From positions 15,657,873-15,721,872 of the forward strand of contig NC_083409.1 of assembly GCF_020745735.1 (NCBI RefSeq): a stretch of DNA of 64,000 nt, written 5' to 3'. The notes under the pieces were generated by a model. The model was not told where the DNA came from, did not search any database, and saw only the letters and a list, made by a program, of their open reading frames with translations. Positions 39,166-51,700 of this stretch are shown here, piece by piece. Within the stretch, counting starts at the first letter, position 1. Every line of letters starts with the position of its first letter. Source of the stretch: Hemiscyllium ocellatum. Its lineage: Eukaryota. The position numbers and the translations under genes are program-made.

Positions 39166-41107
39166 AGTCTGGATAATTTGCTTCAGTGATAGAATCATGT
39201 AATGATGGAATTTGTACAATGTTGAAGCAGGCCATTCACGCCAATGAGTTCACACCAATCCTCCGAAGAGCATCCCACCCAGATCCAAACCACTGCACTA
39301 TCCCTGCAGACCTGCATTTCCCAATGGCTCATCCACCCAGTCTGCTACATTGTGAGTGTGAGGGGAGAGTGCTCCCCACTGAGACCAGTCTGACACCTCC
39401 CGGTTCAATGGCCTGCCTTGTTTCCCCATCCCAGCCCACACTTGGAGTAATGAGACCACCTGGGGAGGCTGGAGATGTTTTCCAGCCAGAGATAGTGCCT
39501 TCAGGAGAGAGATGGAGAGCAGATGTTAGGGGCAGGAAGCAGTGGGGTCTGTTGTCTTGAGGTGGGGTGTAGGACATTGAAGCAGGCGATGGCAGGTGCT
39601 GAACCCTTTCCCCGGAAGGAGTTTGTAAGTTGATCGGTGAAAGTGAGGGGTGGGGGGGGTAATCTCTTGTTGCCTGCTCAGTCACGTCTGAGAGACACAC
39701 AGACACATCAGACACACAGGAGGCAGCTTTCTGTGGATGTTCTCCTGGGGCAGGTCTCATCAATCATGGAGCTATGGTCAGTAAACAGTGTAAGCTGTTC
39801 GGCCCTGAAAGCCTGAGTCTGCAACTCAGCTCGGAAGGACGTCAGCTCATTCATCAAAACTGGTTCAGCCCCTCCGTAGCCTAGCTGGTCTGCCTGTGCC
39901 ATTTCACCACTCTCAGGTTTTCCTTTGTGCCACAGCTCATTCTCCTGAGGGACAGCTGTACTCAGGCCCAGCGGAGTGGACTCGATGGGCTGAATGGCCT
40001 TACTTCCACTCCTATGTCTTATGACCTTGTCACTCTGTCAGATCCTCTGCAATAAACTCATGGTTAACCATCGCCCTCTCCAGGATAGTTAGGGAAGGAC
40101 AATAAATAGCAGACACGTCAATGCTCTCCCCATCCCAGGAGTAATCAACATAACTGATGGACAATTCAAACAATCAAACTGATGGAAGGTGGTTCAATCA
40201 TTCCAGTGATTAAACTTCACCTGGTAATTCCTGTATTAAGTTCAAGGTGAAACTATCCTGGTCTCTGCTGAATTTAGATCAATTTTCTTTGTTAACTTAA
40301 TACATTTCCATCTTCATTCTTTCTCTCCAAACTGACCCTAATTTGAATGTTGCGAAAAACAAAACATTTTGTTGAAGCTTTTTGTCTTGCATGCATCAGG
40401 ACAATTTACAAGAAATGCCACAGCAAAGGGAAACAATATTTAAACTGGCGTGTTCATAGTGACAACACCTCAGCCTGTCAGCACTTTCCTCATATGCAAT
40501 ATCAATGCCATGTTTTTCTCCTTTGATTGGTACTTTTACAATTATCCTGAAGAGGGCAAAATGAAAAGCTGCCAAACACCGGGCATTTTTCAGGCCAGTT
40601 CAATATTCTCAAATGACTATTTGATCCTAATTCGCTCTTTTGCTTCAGACCTGTTCAAATTCCAAGAAGTAATTCTGTCCCATTTTGAATGGAGGACCCA
40701 GTTTACCAGCACTCACTAAATTCCAATCTCTGCATCAAAATATTTTTCCTGATCTCCTTCCTGTCCTTGGTGTATGACCAGAGAATGTGTCATTTTGTCT
40801 TTCTGTTTGTCAGTATTGACAGTAAATTTACATTTACTGTGTCAATTTCATAATGAAGTTTTGTTATCAGAATACCCTCCCTCCCCCCTCAAGATCCTGT
40901 TCTGGCATTTCCTTGTAACCTCGATCTCCTATCCCTGTCCATTCTGCATTGCCCCTCAATGAAGGCCATAACTATTCACCATATTCCAGATGTGACCTAA
41001 CCATTCTTCAGTACAGCTGTCCTGGCCACTCTCCCCTCCATCTCCTCACTCTCAATATTCATTCCAAAGTCCCATTGGCCTTTCCCATGTCTGTTCTTAT
41101 CAGGACA

Positions 41108-41428
41108 GGTGTCGAGTTGTGAGTCATCAGAGCTAGTGGAGAGATCATCGCTGGATCGTGATTGTGATTGGACATTGGAGGGTTGTTTGGTTGTGCTGAC
41201 CTGCTCTTGGTGGATCTTCATGCTGGCTTTGGCCTAATGCCAATTCAGGGACCAGCCAACCTTGGAGCCATGGCCTCAGCAGTCACTCACAGCCCTGGAC
41301 ATGAGGTTCAAAACACAGTCAGGGTGACTGTGAAGAAGGTGGAGGAGCACACACACTGGTTGATCGGAGCATGTTTGTGAAGAAAGTGGTGCTGTGGGTT
41401 TTGAGTGGTGTGTACTGCCTGTAGGATT
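41108..41428 (+). mobile_element. Tx1-clade LINE copy B, 5' portion (5' UTR and start of ORF1, ATG 41270)
   Basis: Homologous to 41490-41809 of copy A. Ends in GTACTGCCTGTAGGATT, which is repeated at 46737-46753 where copy B resumes. Confidence 0.85.
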
Positions 41429-41640
41429 CTGCTCGAGAGCTGCAGGTTCGACGCTGTGGAAGTGCGCTGGCGGGAGAAAAACCAAGGGGTTCGTGTTGCG
41501 AGTCGTTGGAGCTGCTGGAGACCATCACTGGATCGTGATTGGCTGCTGGAGGATCGTTTGGTTGTGCTGACCTGCTCTTGGTGGATCTTTATGCTGGCTT
41601 CGGCCTAACGCCAATTCAGGTATCAGCCAACCTCAGAGCT

Positions 41641-43113
41641 ATGGCCTCAGCAGCCGCTCGCAGCCCTGGCCAGGGCATTCGCAACACAGTCAGGGTGACT
41701 GTGAAGAAGGTGGAGGAGCACACACCAGTCGATCGGACGATGTTTGTGAAGAAGGTTTTGCTGGAGTGCTGTGGGTTTGCAGCAGCGGACGTGTACTGCC
41801 TGCAGGATTTCCCTGGGGCAGGTTACTTCGAGGTGACCTTCAGGAGCGTGAAGCATTGTGAGCAGCTCCTGAAGGTCTTCAAGGAGAAGGAAGGGGAACC
41901 TCTGTTCTCTATCTTGTCGGCGGTCCCATTGTGTGTGCTTCCTGCGCAGAGGAGTCGGGTTGTGACAATCCAAATGTACAACCCTTACGTCCCAGCGGCA
42001 GATGTTCTCACCTTCTTGAAGAGGTATGTCCAGGTGGAAGGCAAAAGCACTGATGTGGTCGATCCTTTCGGGATCTGGACCAGTAAGCGGCAGGTCAAGG
42101 TAACCCTGAGGGTCGATGGCAGCGGGAACATCCTCCACCCACCCTCCAGCTTCGCCATCGGAGGAAGCAGAGGTTACCTGACATACGCAGGGCAGCCGAA
42201 GGTGTGCCGAACCTGCGGGAGGTCAGGCCACATGGCGGCCGACCGTAAGGTGACTGTATGCCGAAATTGCAAACAGGAAGGCCACCTGACCAAGGATTTC
42301 AAGGAGGCCAAGAACTGTAACCTGTGCGGAGAGGCAGGCCACATGTACAAGGCCTGCCCAAGACGAGGAGCCGCCACCTACGCACAGATGGCCAGAGGTG
42401 GCAACACTAGCTGGGGACTGCCAAAGCCCAGCAGGGCACCACAAGATCGCACGGAAACGGTGCCTGGAGACACCCAGAAGGAAGAGCAGGCGGTAGCGGA
42501 GCAGACGGCAGACAGCGGGGAGGTACAGCAGCCGATCCAAGCTCCTTCAAGGCAGGCGGAGGAAATGGAAGAGGAGGAATCAAAGGAGGCAGATGACTGG
42601 ATCACAGTCAGAAATAGGAAGAGGAAACCTGTCTCGGGCCCCAAAGCCACCCAGAGAAGGGGGAAACGACACCTCCAAGTCGAGGATACAGGCAGCTCTT
42701 CTGATGGTGAGGACGGGCGCAAGAAGGGTCGCCACCAGAGGAAGAGACAGAGCGCCATGGGGAGAAAGGAGGGCAGCACCACCCAAGAAGGGAAAGACGA
42801 TCCCTCTGTGGGGATGGGTAAAGGCCTCCCCCTACCCGGTGAGAACCAAGAGGTGTCCACCGGCCCACAGCTCCAGGTAACTGGGAGCAGCGGTCCTGTG
42901 ACAGCCCCGCTGTCAGATGGAGAACTGGACGGTGCGGACCCTGGGCTTGACACAAAGACACCAGAGCGGGGAAATGGCTCCAGCGTGGAGCCGGACAGCT
43001 ACCTCAGCCCTGGGATGGTCCAGCAGTTTGCCGTCACCACGGGGATGCACACAGCTACCCCAGAGGAGCAAGACCAGCAGCAAATGGACACTATTAACCT
43101 TGTAAATTGTTAA
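41641..43113 (+). CDS. Tx1 ORF1 (gag-like, three zinc-knuckle repeats), open frame of 490 aa
   Basis: ATG at 41641. CRTCGRSGHMAADR, CRNCKQEGHLTKDF and CNLCGEAGHMYKAC knuckles, followed by a low-complexity charged tail. Confidence 0.9.
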   Translation: MASAAARSPGQGIRNTVRVTVKKVEEHTPVDRTMFVKKVLLECCGFAAADVYCLQDFPGAGYFEVTFRSVKHCEQLLKVFKEKEGEPLFSILSAVPLCVLPAQRSRVVTIQMYNPYVPAADVLTFLKRYVQVEGKSTDVVDPFGIWTSKRQVKVTLRVDGSGNILHPPSSFAIGGSRGYLTYAGQPKVCRTCGRSGHMAADRKVTVCRNCKQEGHLTKDFKEAKNCNLCGEAGHMYKACPRRGAATYAQMARGGNTSWGLPKPSRAPQDRTETVPGDTQKEEQAVAEQTADSGEVQQPIQAPSRQAEEMEEEESKEADDWITVRNRKRKPVSGPKATQRRGKRHLQVEDTGSSSDGEDGRKKGRHQRKRQSAMGRKEGSTTQEGKDDPSVGMGKGLPLPGENQEVSTGPQLQVTGSSGPVTAPLSDGELDGADPGLDTKTPERGNGSSVEPDSYLSPGMVQQFAVTTGMHTATPEEQDQQQMDTINLVNC

Positions 43114-43115
43114 AA

Positions 43116-46100
43116 ATGGGGCTTAAAGTTGCCAGCATCAATGTGCGTAGCATCAAATCGGCTACGCGATGTGTTTCAATGATGGCCTTCCTGGCCAGCG
43201 TTAAAGCCGACCTCCTGTTTCTGCAGGAGTGTGGGATACCGCACCTCAGCAGCTACAGGAGATGGTCGAGCTTGTGGGCCCATGGGCAGTCAGTTTGGTC
43301 GGGAGGCAACGATAGCCGCGCCTCCGGCCTGGGTATCCTGTTGTGAGGAAGCAACTTCACCATCTCCGAGGTTAAGGAGGTGGTGGGCGGGCGCCTCCTC
43401 GTCGCCGACGTTATGTACAGGAATGCTCCCCTGAGACTGATCAATGTGTACGCCCCAGTGGGTAAGAGTGAACGGTTGGCCGTCCTGCAGCAGCTTCCAC
43501 TGTTGCTGGCTACGTCCAGGCCGGTCATTCTGGCCGGAGACTTCAACTGTATCATTGATGCAGATGGACGATCCGGCGGGGGGGACAGTAAACTGGACGC
43601 CACGTCCAGAGCCCTGATGGACGCGGTTAAAAGATGCCAAGCTGCACGACGTCTTCAGCACCCCTGCAGACGGAGCGCAGCGTAGATACACCTGGTCACG
43701 GGCAGACGGGTCTATCCGCTCAAGGATAGATTACCTGTTTGTGTCCCGAATGATCTCGGTCAGATCCACCGACGTCAAGCCGGTGTTCTTCTCTGACCAC
43801 TGCCTCCTGCTGGCCGACTGTCACCTACAGGACGAGCAGCGGGCGGGTAAGGGAACGTGGAAGCTGAACACTAAGCTGTTGACCCCGGGAAACATTGAGG
43901 AGCTCAAGAGGGACTACGCAGGTTGGAGAACCGTGATGCCCCTCTTTGAGTCTCCAGCAGACTGGTGGGAAACAGTTAAAGGGAACATCAAGAGGTTCTT
44001 CATCCTCAAAGGTGTTCAGGAGGCGAGAGAGAGGCGGGGAAAACTGTCCCAACTCCAGGAAAGTATGCAGAACCTGCTCCTGCTGCAGACGATGGGGGTC
44101 GATGTCACAGAGGACCTCAAGGAGGTGAAGGGCCAGCAAGCCTCGCTCTTTGCCTCAGAGGCCTCCAAGATCATCTTCCGGTCCAGGGTCCGCTCGGTAG
44201 AGCAGGACGAGACGTGCTCACGTTTCTTCTTCCAGAAGGTGCACAAAGAGAGCTCTGTGCTCAGCAGCCTGAAGGAAGAAGACGGCTCGACAACGTCATC
44301 TCAGGCTGATGTCATGAGAATCAGCAAATCCTTCTATGCCAGTCTGTATGACGCGAAGCCGACCGACAGCGCGGCCTCCCAGTCGTTCCTGTCGTCTATC
44401 ACGGAGGTCTTAGACGACAGAACACGCGAGAGGCTGGACCAGCCGCTATCTCTGGACGAGCTGACCAAGGCCCTCGAGTCCTTCGAAAAGAATAAAACTC
44501 CCGGAAGCGATGGCTTACCGGTCGAGCTCTATTCTGCTCTGTGGGACTTGATTGGCCAGGACCTGCTGGAGGTGTATGTCAGTATGCTTCGGGCAGGTAC
44601 CATGAGCAAATCCATGAGGAAAGGCATCATCGCCCTCATCTATAAGCGGAAGGGGGAGAGGGAGGAACTCAAAAATTGGAGACCGATCACACTGTTGAAT
44701 GCAGATTACAAAATCCTGTCAAAGGTAATTGCCAACCGGGTCAGGTCTGCTCTGGGGTCGGTGATTCACCCTGACCAAACCTGTGCTGTGCCAGGCAGGA
44801 AGATCGCTGAGAGTCTCGCACTCCTCAGGGATACGATCGCCTACGTGCAGGACAGAGGGTTGGACGCCTGCCTGATCAGCCTGGACCAGGAGAAAGCCTT
44901 TGACAGGATATCACACAGGTATATGAGAGATGTTCTCTCCAAAATGGGCTTTGGGGAGGGAATCTGCAATTGGATCAGACTGCTCTACACCAACATCGTC
45001 AGTGCAGTCTCAATCAATGGGTGGGAATCAGATAGCTTCCCAGTCAGATCTGGAGTCAGACAGGGCTGCCCTCTCTCTCCTGCCTTGTTTGTGTGCTGCA
45101 TAGAGCCATTTGCCGAGTCCATCAGGAAGGATGCGAGCCTGAGAGGGGTGACTATTCCGGGCAGCGGGGGCCTGCAGGTTAAGGCCTCCCTGTACATGGA
45201 TGACGTCACCGTTTTCTGCTCGGATCCGCTGTCCGTGCGCAGACTCATGTGCATTTGTGACCAGTTCGAACGGGCCTCGGGGGCCAAGGTAAACCGAGGC
45301 AAGAGCGAGGCCATGCTCTTCGGCAACTGGGCCGACCAATCCTCGATCCCCTTCACCGTCAGGACCGACCACCTGAAGGTGCTGGGTATTTGGTTCGGGG
45401 GGGCTGGGGCGTGCGCCAAGTCTTGGGAGGAGCGTATCAGTAAAGTGAGGCAGAAACTGGGCAGATGGAGGCTACGGTCGCTCTCCATCACGGGAAAAAA
45501 CCTGGTCATCAGGTGTGAGGCACTGTCATTGCTGTTGTACGTGGCACAGGTCTGGCCTATTCCCAGAACCTGCGCCGCTGCAGTCGCCCGGGCCATCTTC
45601 CAGTTCATATGGAGTTCAAAGATGGACCGGGTCCGAAGGGACTCACTATACAAAGATCTGGGCAACGGGGGAAAAAATACACCCAATGCCACCCTCACCC
45701 TGATGGCCACCTTTGTGTGTGACTGCATCAAGCTGTGTGTGGATCCCCGGTACGCAAACACCAAGTGTCACTACGTACAGGTTCTACCTGTCCCCGGTGT
45801 TGCGAAGGATGGGCCTGGCCTCGCTGCCGCGGAACGCTCCGAGTAGTTGGACCGTTCCGTACCACCTGTCCTTCGTGGAGAAATTTCTGAAGAAAAACAC
45901 CTTTGACCACAAGTCCATCAGGAAGTGGTCAGCACGTAGCGTCCTCGAGACCCTTCGGGAAAAGGAGAGGGCGGATCCTGTTGAGTGGTTCCCTGAGCAG
46001 ACTGTCAAAGCAATTTGGCAGAATGCCTCATCGCCAGAACTTTCCAACAAGCACCAAGACATGGCTTGGCTGGTGGTGAGAAGGGCTCTACCTGTGAGAT

Positions 46101-46510
46101 CGTTTATGCACGCCCGGACTCTCAGCCGCACCGCACGCTGCCCTCGAAGTGGCTGCCGGGAGGACGAGACTGTCACACACCTCCTTCTGGAATGTGCCTA
46201 TGCAGAGGAAGTCTGGAGAGGAATGCAGTGGTATTTGTCGAGGTTCGTCCCGAGCAGCGCCGTGACGCGGGACTCTGTGCTCTACGGCCTGTTCCCCGAG
46301 ACGAACATCAACTGCGCCTGGAGGATCATCAACTCGGTGAAGGACGCTCTCTGGGCGGTCCGAAACCTGTTGATCTTCCAGCTGAAGGAGTTGACCCCGA
46401 CTGAGTGTTGCAGACTGGCACATTCCAAGGTCCAGGACTACGTGTTGAGGGACGCGCTGAAGCTTGGGGCAGCTGCCGCCAAGGCGCGGTGGGGAAAGAC
46501 CACTGTTTAA
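43116..46510 (+). pseudogene. Tx1 ORF2 (APE endonuclease, reverse transcriptase, C-terminal Cys/His motif), disrupted
   Basis: SINVRS, LFLQEC, GDFNC, SRIDYLF, SDHCLL; LDQEKAFD, QGCPLSPALF, YMDD; CPRSGC...HLLLEC. Nonsense TGA at 43344-43346 (CGG in copy B) and frameshifts near 43635 and 45779. Confidence 0.92.
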
Positions 46511-46736
46511 CACCTGCCTGTCTAAAGAAAAGCAGGGGGCCCATGCAGTCATTTGGGCTCTGCTGACACCTCAGCTCAATATATGAGTGAGAAATGCACT
46601 GATCTGTATGTAATAATGATAATTCGGAGCTGTGTATGTAAATGTGGAAATATGAATGGCATTACCTATTGTACAGTGTATCAAATTACTTTATTCATAA
46701 AATATGCATAGAATATATTTTTGAAATAAAAAAAAA

Positions 46737-49700
46737 GTACTGCCTGTAGGATTTCACTCGGGCTGGCTACTTTGATGTCACCTTCAGGAGTATGAAGCAT
46801 TGTGAGCAGCTCCTGAAGGTCTTCAAAGAGAAGGAAGGGGGAAAACCTCTGTTCTTCACCTTGTCGGTAGTCCCATTGTGTATGTTCTTTCTGCGCAGAG
46901 GAGTTGGGTTGTTCCAATCCAAATGTACAACCCTTACGTCCCAGCAGCAGATGTTCTCACCTTCTTGAAAAGATATGTCCAGGTTGAAGGAGAGAGCATC
47001 GATGTGGTTGATCCTTTTGGGATCTGGGCCAGCAAAGGACAGGTCAAGGTAACCCTGAGGGTCGATGCCAGCAGGAACATCCTCCACTCACCCTCCAGCT
47101 TCGCCATCGGAGGAAAGAGAGGTTACCTGACGTACACAGGGCAGCCGAAGGTGTGCCGAACCTGTGGGAGGTCAGGCCACATGGCGGCCGACTGTAAGGT
47201 GACCGTATGCCAAAACTGCAAGCAGGAAGGCCACCCGACCAAGGATTGTAAGGAGGCCAAGAACTGTAACCTGTGCGGAGAGGCGGGCCACATGTACAAG
47301 GCCTGCCCAAGACGAGGAGCCGCCACCTACGCACAGATGGCCGGAGGTGGCAACACGAATATGAGCCGTGGACCGACAAAGACCAGCAAGGCACCAGAAA
47401 ATAGCACGGAAACAGTGCCTGGAGGCACCCAGAAGGAAGGGCAGGCGGTAGCGGAGTAGACGGCAGACAGCGGGGAGGTGCAGCTGCCGATCCAAGCTCC
47501 TTTAAGGCAGATGGAGGAAATGGAAGAGGAGGAATCAAAGGAGGCAGAGGACTGGATCACAGTCAAAAACAGGAAGAGAAAACCTCTCGGGGGGCCCCAA
47601 AGCCACCCAGCGAAGGGGGAAGCAACACCTACAAGACGAAGACGTAGGCAGCTCTTCCGATGGTGAGGACGGGCACAAGAAGGGTCGTCATCAGAGGAAG
47701 AGACAGAGCGCCGTGCGGAGAAAGAAGGGCAGCACCGCCCAAGAAGGAAAGGACGATCCCTCCGAGGGGACGGGTAAAAGCCTCCCCCTACCCGGTGAGA
47801 ACCAGGAGATACCCACCGGCCCACAGCTCCAGGTATCTGGGAGCAGCGGTCCTATGACGGCCCTGCTGTCAGACGGAGAACTGGTCAGTGCGGACCACGG
47901 GCCCGACACGAAGACAACAGAGTGGGGTAATGGCCCCAGTGCGGAGCTGGACAGCCACCTCAGTCCTGGGAAGGTCCAACAGTTTGCCGCCACCACGGGG
48001 ATGCACACAGCTACCCCAGAGGGACAAGACCAGCAGCAAATGGACACCGGTAAACCTGTAAACTGTTAAAATGGGGTTTAAAATTGCCAGCATCAACGTG
48101 CGTAGCATCAAATCGGCTACGCGATGCGTTTCTACGCTGGCCTTCCTGGCCAGCGTCAAAGCCGACATCCTGTTTGTGCAGAAGTGTGGGATACCGCACC
48201 TCAGCAGTTACAGGAGGTGGTCAAGCATGTGGGCCCATGGGCCGTCAGTTTGGTCGGGGGCAACGATAACCGCTCCTCAGGCCTCGGGATCCTGTTGCGG
48301 GGAGGCAACTTCACCATCTCCGAGGTTAAGGAGGTTGTGGGCAGGCGTCTCCTCGTCACGGATGTTAAATACAGAAACGCTCCCGTAAGACTAATCAACG
48401 TGTACGCCCCAGTGGGTAAGAGTGAACGGTTGGCCGTCCTGCAGCAGCTTCCACTGTTACTGACTACGTCCAGGCCGGTCATTCTGGCCGGAGACTTCAA
48501 CTGTATCATTGATGCAGATGGACGATCCGGCGGGGGAGACAGTAAACTGGACGCCACGTCCAGAGCCCTGATGGACACGGTAAAAGATGAAAAGCTGCAC
48601 GATGTCTTCAGCACCCCTGCAGATGGAGCGCAGCGTAGATACACCAGGTCACGAGCAGACGGGTCTATCCGCTCAAGGATAGATTACCTGTTTGTGTCCC
48701 GAACGTTCTCGGTCAGAACCACCGACGTCAAACCGGTGTTCTTCTCTGAGCACTGCCTCCTGCTGGCTGACTGTCAACTGCAGGACGAGCAGCGGGCGGG
48801 CAAGGGAACGTGGAAGCTGAACACAAAACTGTTGACCCTGGGAAACATTGAGGAGCTGAAGAGGGACTATGCAGGTTGGAGAACTGCGAAGCCCCTCTTT
48901 GAGTCTCCAGCAGACTGGTGGGAAACAGTAAACGGGAACATCAAGAGGTTCTTCATCCTCAAAGGTGTTCAGGAGGCGAGACAGAGGCGGGGAAAACTGT
49001 CCCAACTCCAGAAAAGTATGCAGAACCTGCTCCTGCTGCAGACGTTGGGGGTCGATGTCACGGAGGACTTCAAGGAGGTGAAGGGCCAGCAAGTCTCGCT
49101 CTTTGCCTCGGAGGCCTCCAAGATCATCTTCCAGTCCAGGGTCCGCTCAGTGGAGCAGGATGAGATGTGCTCACGTTTCTTCTTCCAGAAGGTGCACAAA
49201 GACAGCTCCGTGCTCAGCAGCCTGAAGGAAGAAGATGGCTCGGTAACGTCATCTCAGGCTGATGTCATGAGGATCAGCTAATCCTTCAATGCCAGTCTGT
49301 ATGATGCGAAGCCAACCGACAGCGTGGCCTCCCAGTCGTTCCTGTCCTCTATCACAGAGGTCCTATATGACTGAACACGCGAGAGGCTGGACCAGCTGCT
49401 ATCTCTGGATGAGCTGACCAGGACCCTCGAGTCCTTCGAAAAGAATAAAACTCCCGGAAGCGATGGCTTACCGGTCGAGATCTATTCCGCTCTTTGGGAC
49501 TTTATTGGCTGGCACCTGTTGGAGGTGTATGTCAGTATGCTTCGGGCAGGTACCATGAGTGAATCCATGAGGAAAGGCTTCGTCACCCTCATCTACAAGC
49601 AGAAGGGGGAGAGGGACAAAATTAGAAATTGGAGACCGATCTCACTGTTAAACACAGACTGCAAAATCTTGTCAAAGGTCATCGCCAACCAGGTCAAGTC

Positions 49701-51700
49701 TGTTCTGGGAGCGGTGATCCACACTGACCAACCTGTGCTGTACTGGGCAGGAAAATCTCTGAGAGTCTCGCACTCCTCAGGGATACGATCGCCTACGTGC
49801 AGGACAGGGGGGTGGACACCTGCCTCATCAGCCTGGACTAGGAGAAAGCTTTTGACCGGATATCGCGTACATATATGATGGATGTCCTCTCCAAAATGGG
49901 CTTTGGGAGGGAATCGGAAATTGGATCAGACTGCTCTACACCAACATTGTCAGTGCAGTCTCAATCAATGGGTAGGAATCAAATAGCTTCCCAGTTAGAT
50001 CTGGAGTCAGGCAGGGCTGCCCACTCTCTCCTGCCTTGTTTGTGTGTTGCATAGAGCCATTTGCCGAGTCCCTCAGGAAGGATGCGAGCCTGAGAGGGGT
50101 GACTATTCCTGGCAGCGGGGGCCTACAGGTTAAGGCCTCCCTGTGCATGGATGACGGCGCCGTTTTCTGCTCAGATCCGCTGTCCGTGCACAGACTCCTG
50201 TGCATCTGTGACCAGTTTGAACAGGCCTCGGGGGCCAAGATAAACCGAGGCAAGAGCGAGGCCATGCTCTTCGGGAACTGGACTGACCAATCCTATATCC
50301 CCTTCACCATCAGGACTGACCACCTGAAGGTGCTGGGTATTTGGTTCGGGGGGGCTGGGTACCGTGCGCTAAGACCTGGGATGAGTGGATCAGGAAGATG
50401 AGACAGAAACTAGGCAGATGGGAGCAATGGTCGCTCTCCATCGTGGGGAAAAACCTGGTCATCAGGTGTGAGGTACTCTCAGTATTGTTATATTTGGCAC
50501 AGGACTGGCCTATCCCCAGAACCTGTGCTGCCGCAGTCACCCAGGCCATCTTCCACTTCATGTGGAGATCAAAGATGGACCGGGTCCGAAGAGACACAAT
50601 GTACAAAGACCAGTGCAATGGGGGAAAAAACACTCCCAATGCCACCCTCATCCTGATGGTCACCTTTGTGTGTGGCTGCATCAAGCTGTGCATGGATCCC
50701 CAGTACGCAAACACCAAGTGTCACTACGTACTGAGGTTCTACCTGTCCCCGGTGTTGTGAAGGATGGGCCTGGCCTCGCTATCGCGGAATGCTCCGAGTA
50801 GTTGGACCGTTCCATACCACCTGTCCTTCGTGGAGAAAGTTTTGAAGAAAAACACCTTTGACCACAAGTCCATCAGGCAGTTGTCAGCACGTAGCGTCCT
50901 TGAGATCCTTCGGGAAAAGGAGAGGGCAGAACCTGTTGAGTGGTTCCCTGAGCAGACTGTCAAAGCCATTTGGCAAAATGCCTCATCGCCAGAACTTTCC
51001 AACAAGCACCAAGACATGGCTTGGCTGGTGGTGTGAAGGGCTCTACCTGTGAGATCATTTATGCACGCCCGGACTCTCTGCTACACCGCACGCTGCCCTC
51101 GAAGCGGCTGTGGGGGGGCACGAGACTGTCACACACCTCCTTCTGGAATGTGCCTATGCAGAGGAAGTCTGGAGAGGAATACAGTGGTATTTGTCGAGGT
51201 TTGTCCTGAGCAGCGCCGTGACGCGGGACTCCGTGCTCTACGGCCTGTTCCCCGGGATGCACACAGAGACGAACATCAACTGTGCCTGGAGGATCATCAA
51301 CTCGGTGAAGGACGCTCTCTGGGTGGTCCGAAACCTGTTGATCTTCCAGCTGAAGGAGTTGACCCCGACTGAGTATTGCAGACTGGCACATTCCAAGGTC
51401 CAGGACAATGTGCTGAGGGACGCGCTGAAGCTTGGGGCAGCTGCTGCCAAGGCGCGGTGGGGAAAGACCACCGTTTAACATCTGCCTGTCTGAAGAACAT
51501 GCAGTCATTTGGGCTCTGCTGACGCCTCAGCTCAATATATGGGCATATGAGCGAGAAATGCACAGACCTGTATACAATAACGATAATTCTGAGCAGTGTA
51601 TGTAAATGTTGTCATATGTATGGCATTACCAACTGTACAGTTCATCAAATTATTTTATGAATATTTTACAAATAAAGTATAATTTTGAAATAAAAAAAAA
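46737..51700 (+). mobile_element. Tx1-clade LINE copy B, remainder (rest of ORF1, ORF2, 3' UTR, poly(A)), more decayed than A
   Basis: Colinear with copy A from the YCLQDF position onward. Several stops and frameshifts. Poly(A) at 51692-51700. Confidence 0.92.

Larger units (their letters stand above)
41429..46736 (+). mobile_element. Tx1-clade (L1 superfamily) LINE copy A, full length, ORF2 disrupted
   Basis: 5' UTR, ORF1, ORF2 starting 2 nt after the ORF1 stop, 3' UTR, poly(A) at 46728-46736, and a 17-bp target-site duplication. Confidence 0.93.

Noticed and set aside
39708-39945. Candidate terminal exon on the minus strand ending ...TSTESCLLCV-stop
   Set aside because: A plausible acceptor but no recognisable protein family and no partner exons.
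42378-51563. Numerous long antisense and alternative-frame ORFs over the Tx1 array
   Set aside because: Shadow ORFs of GC-rich LINE coding sequence, with no independent motifs.
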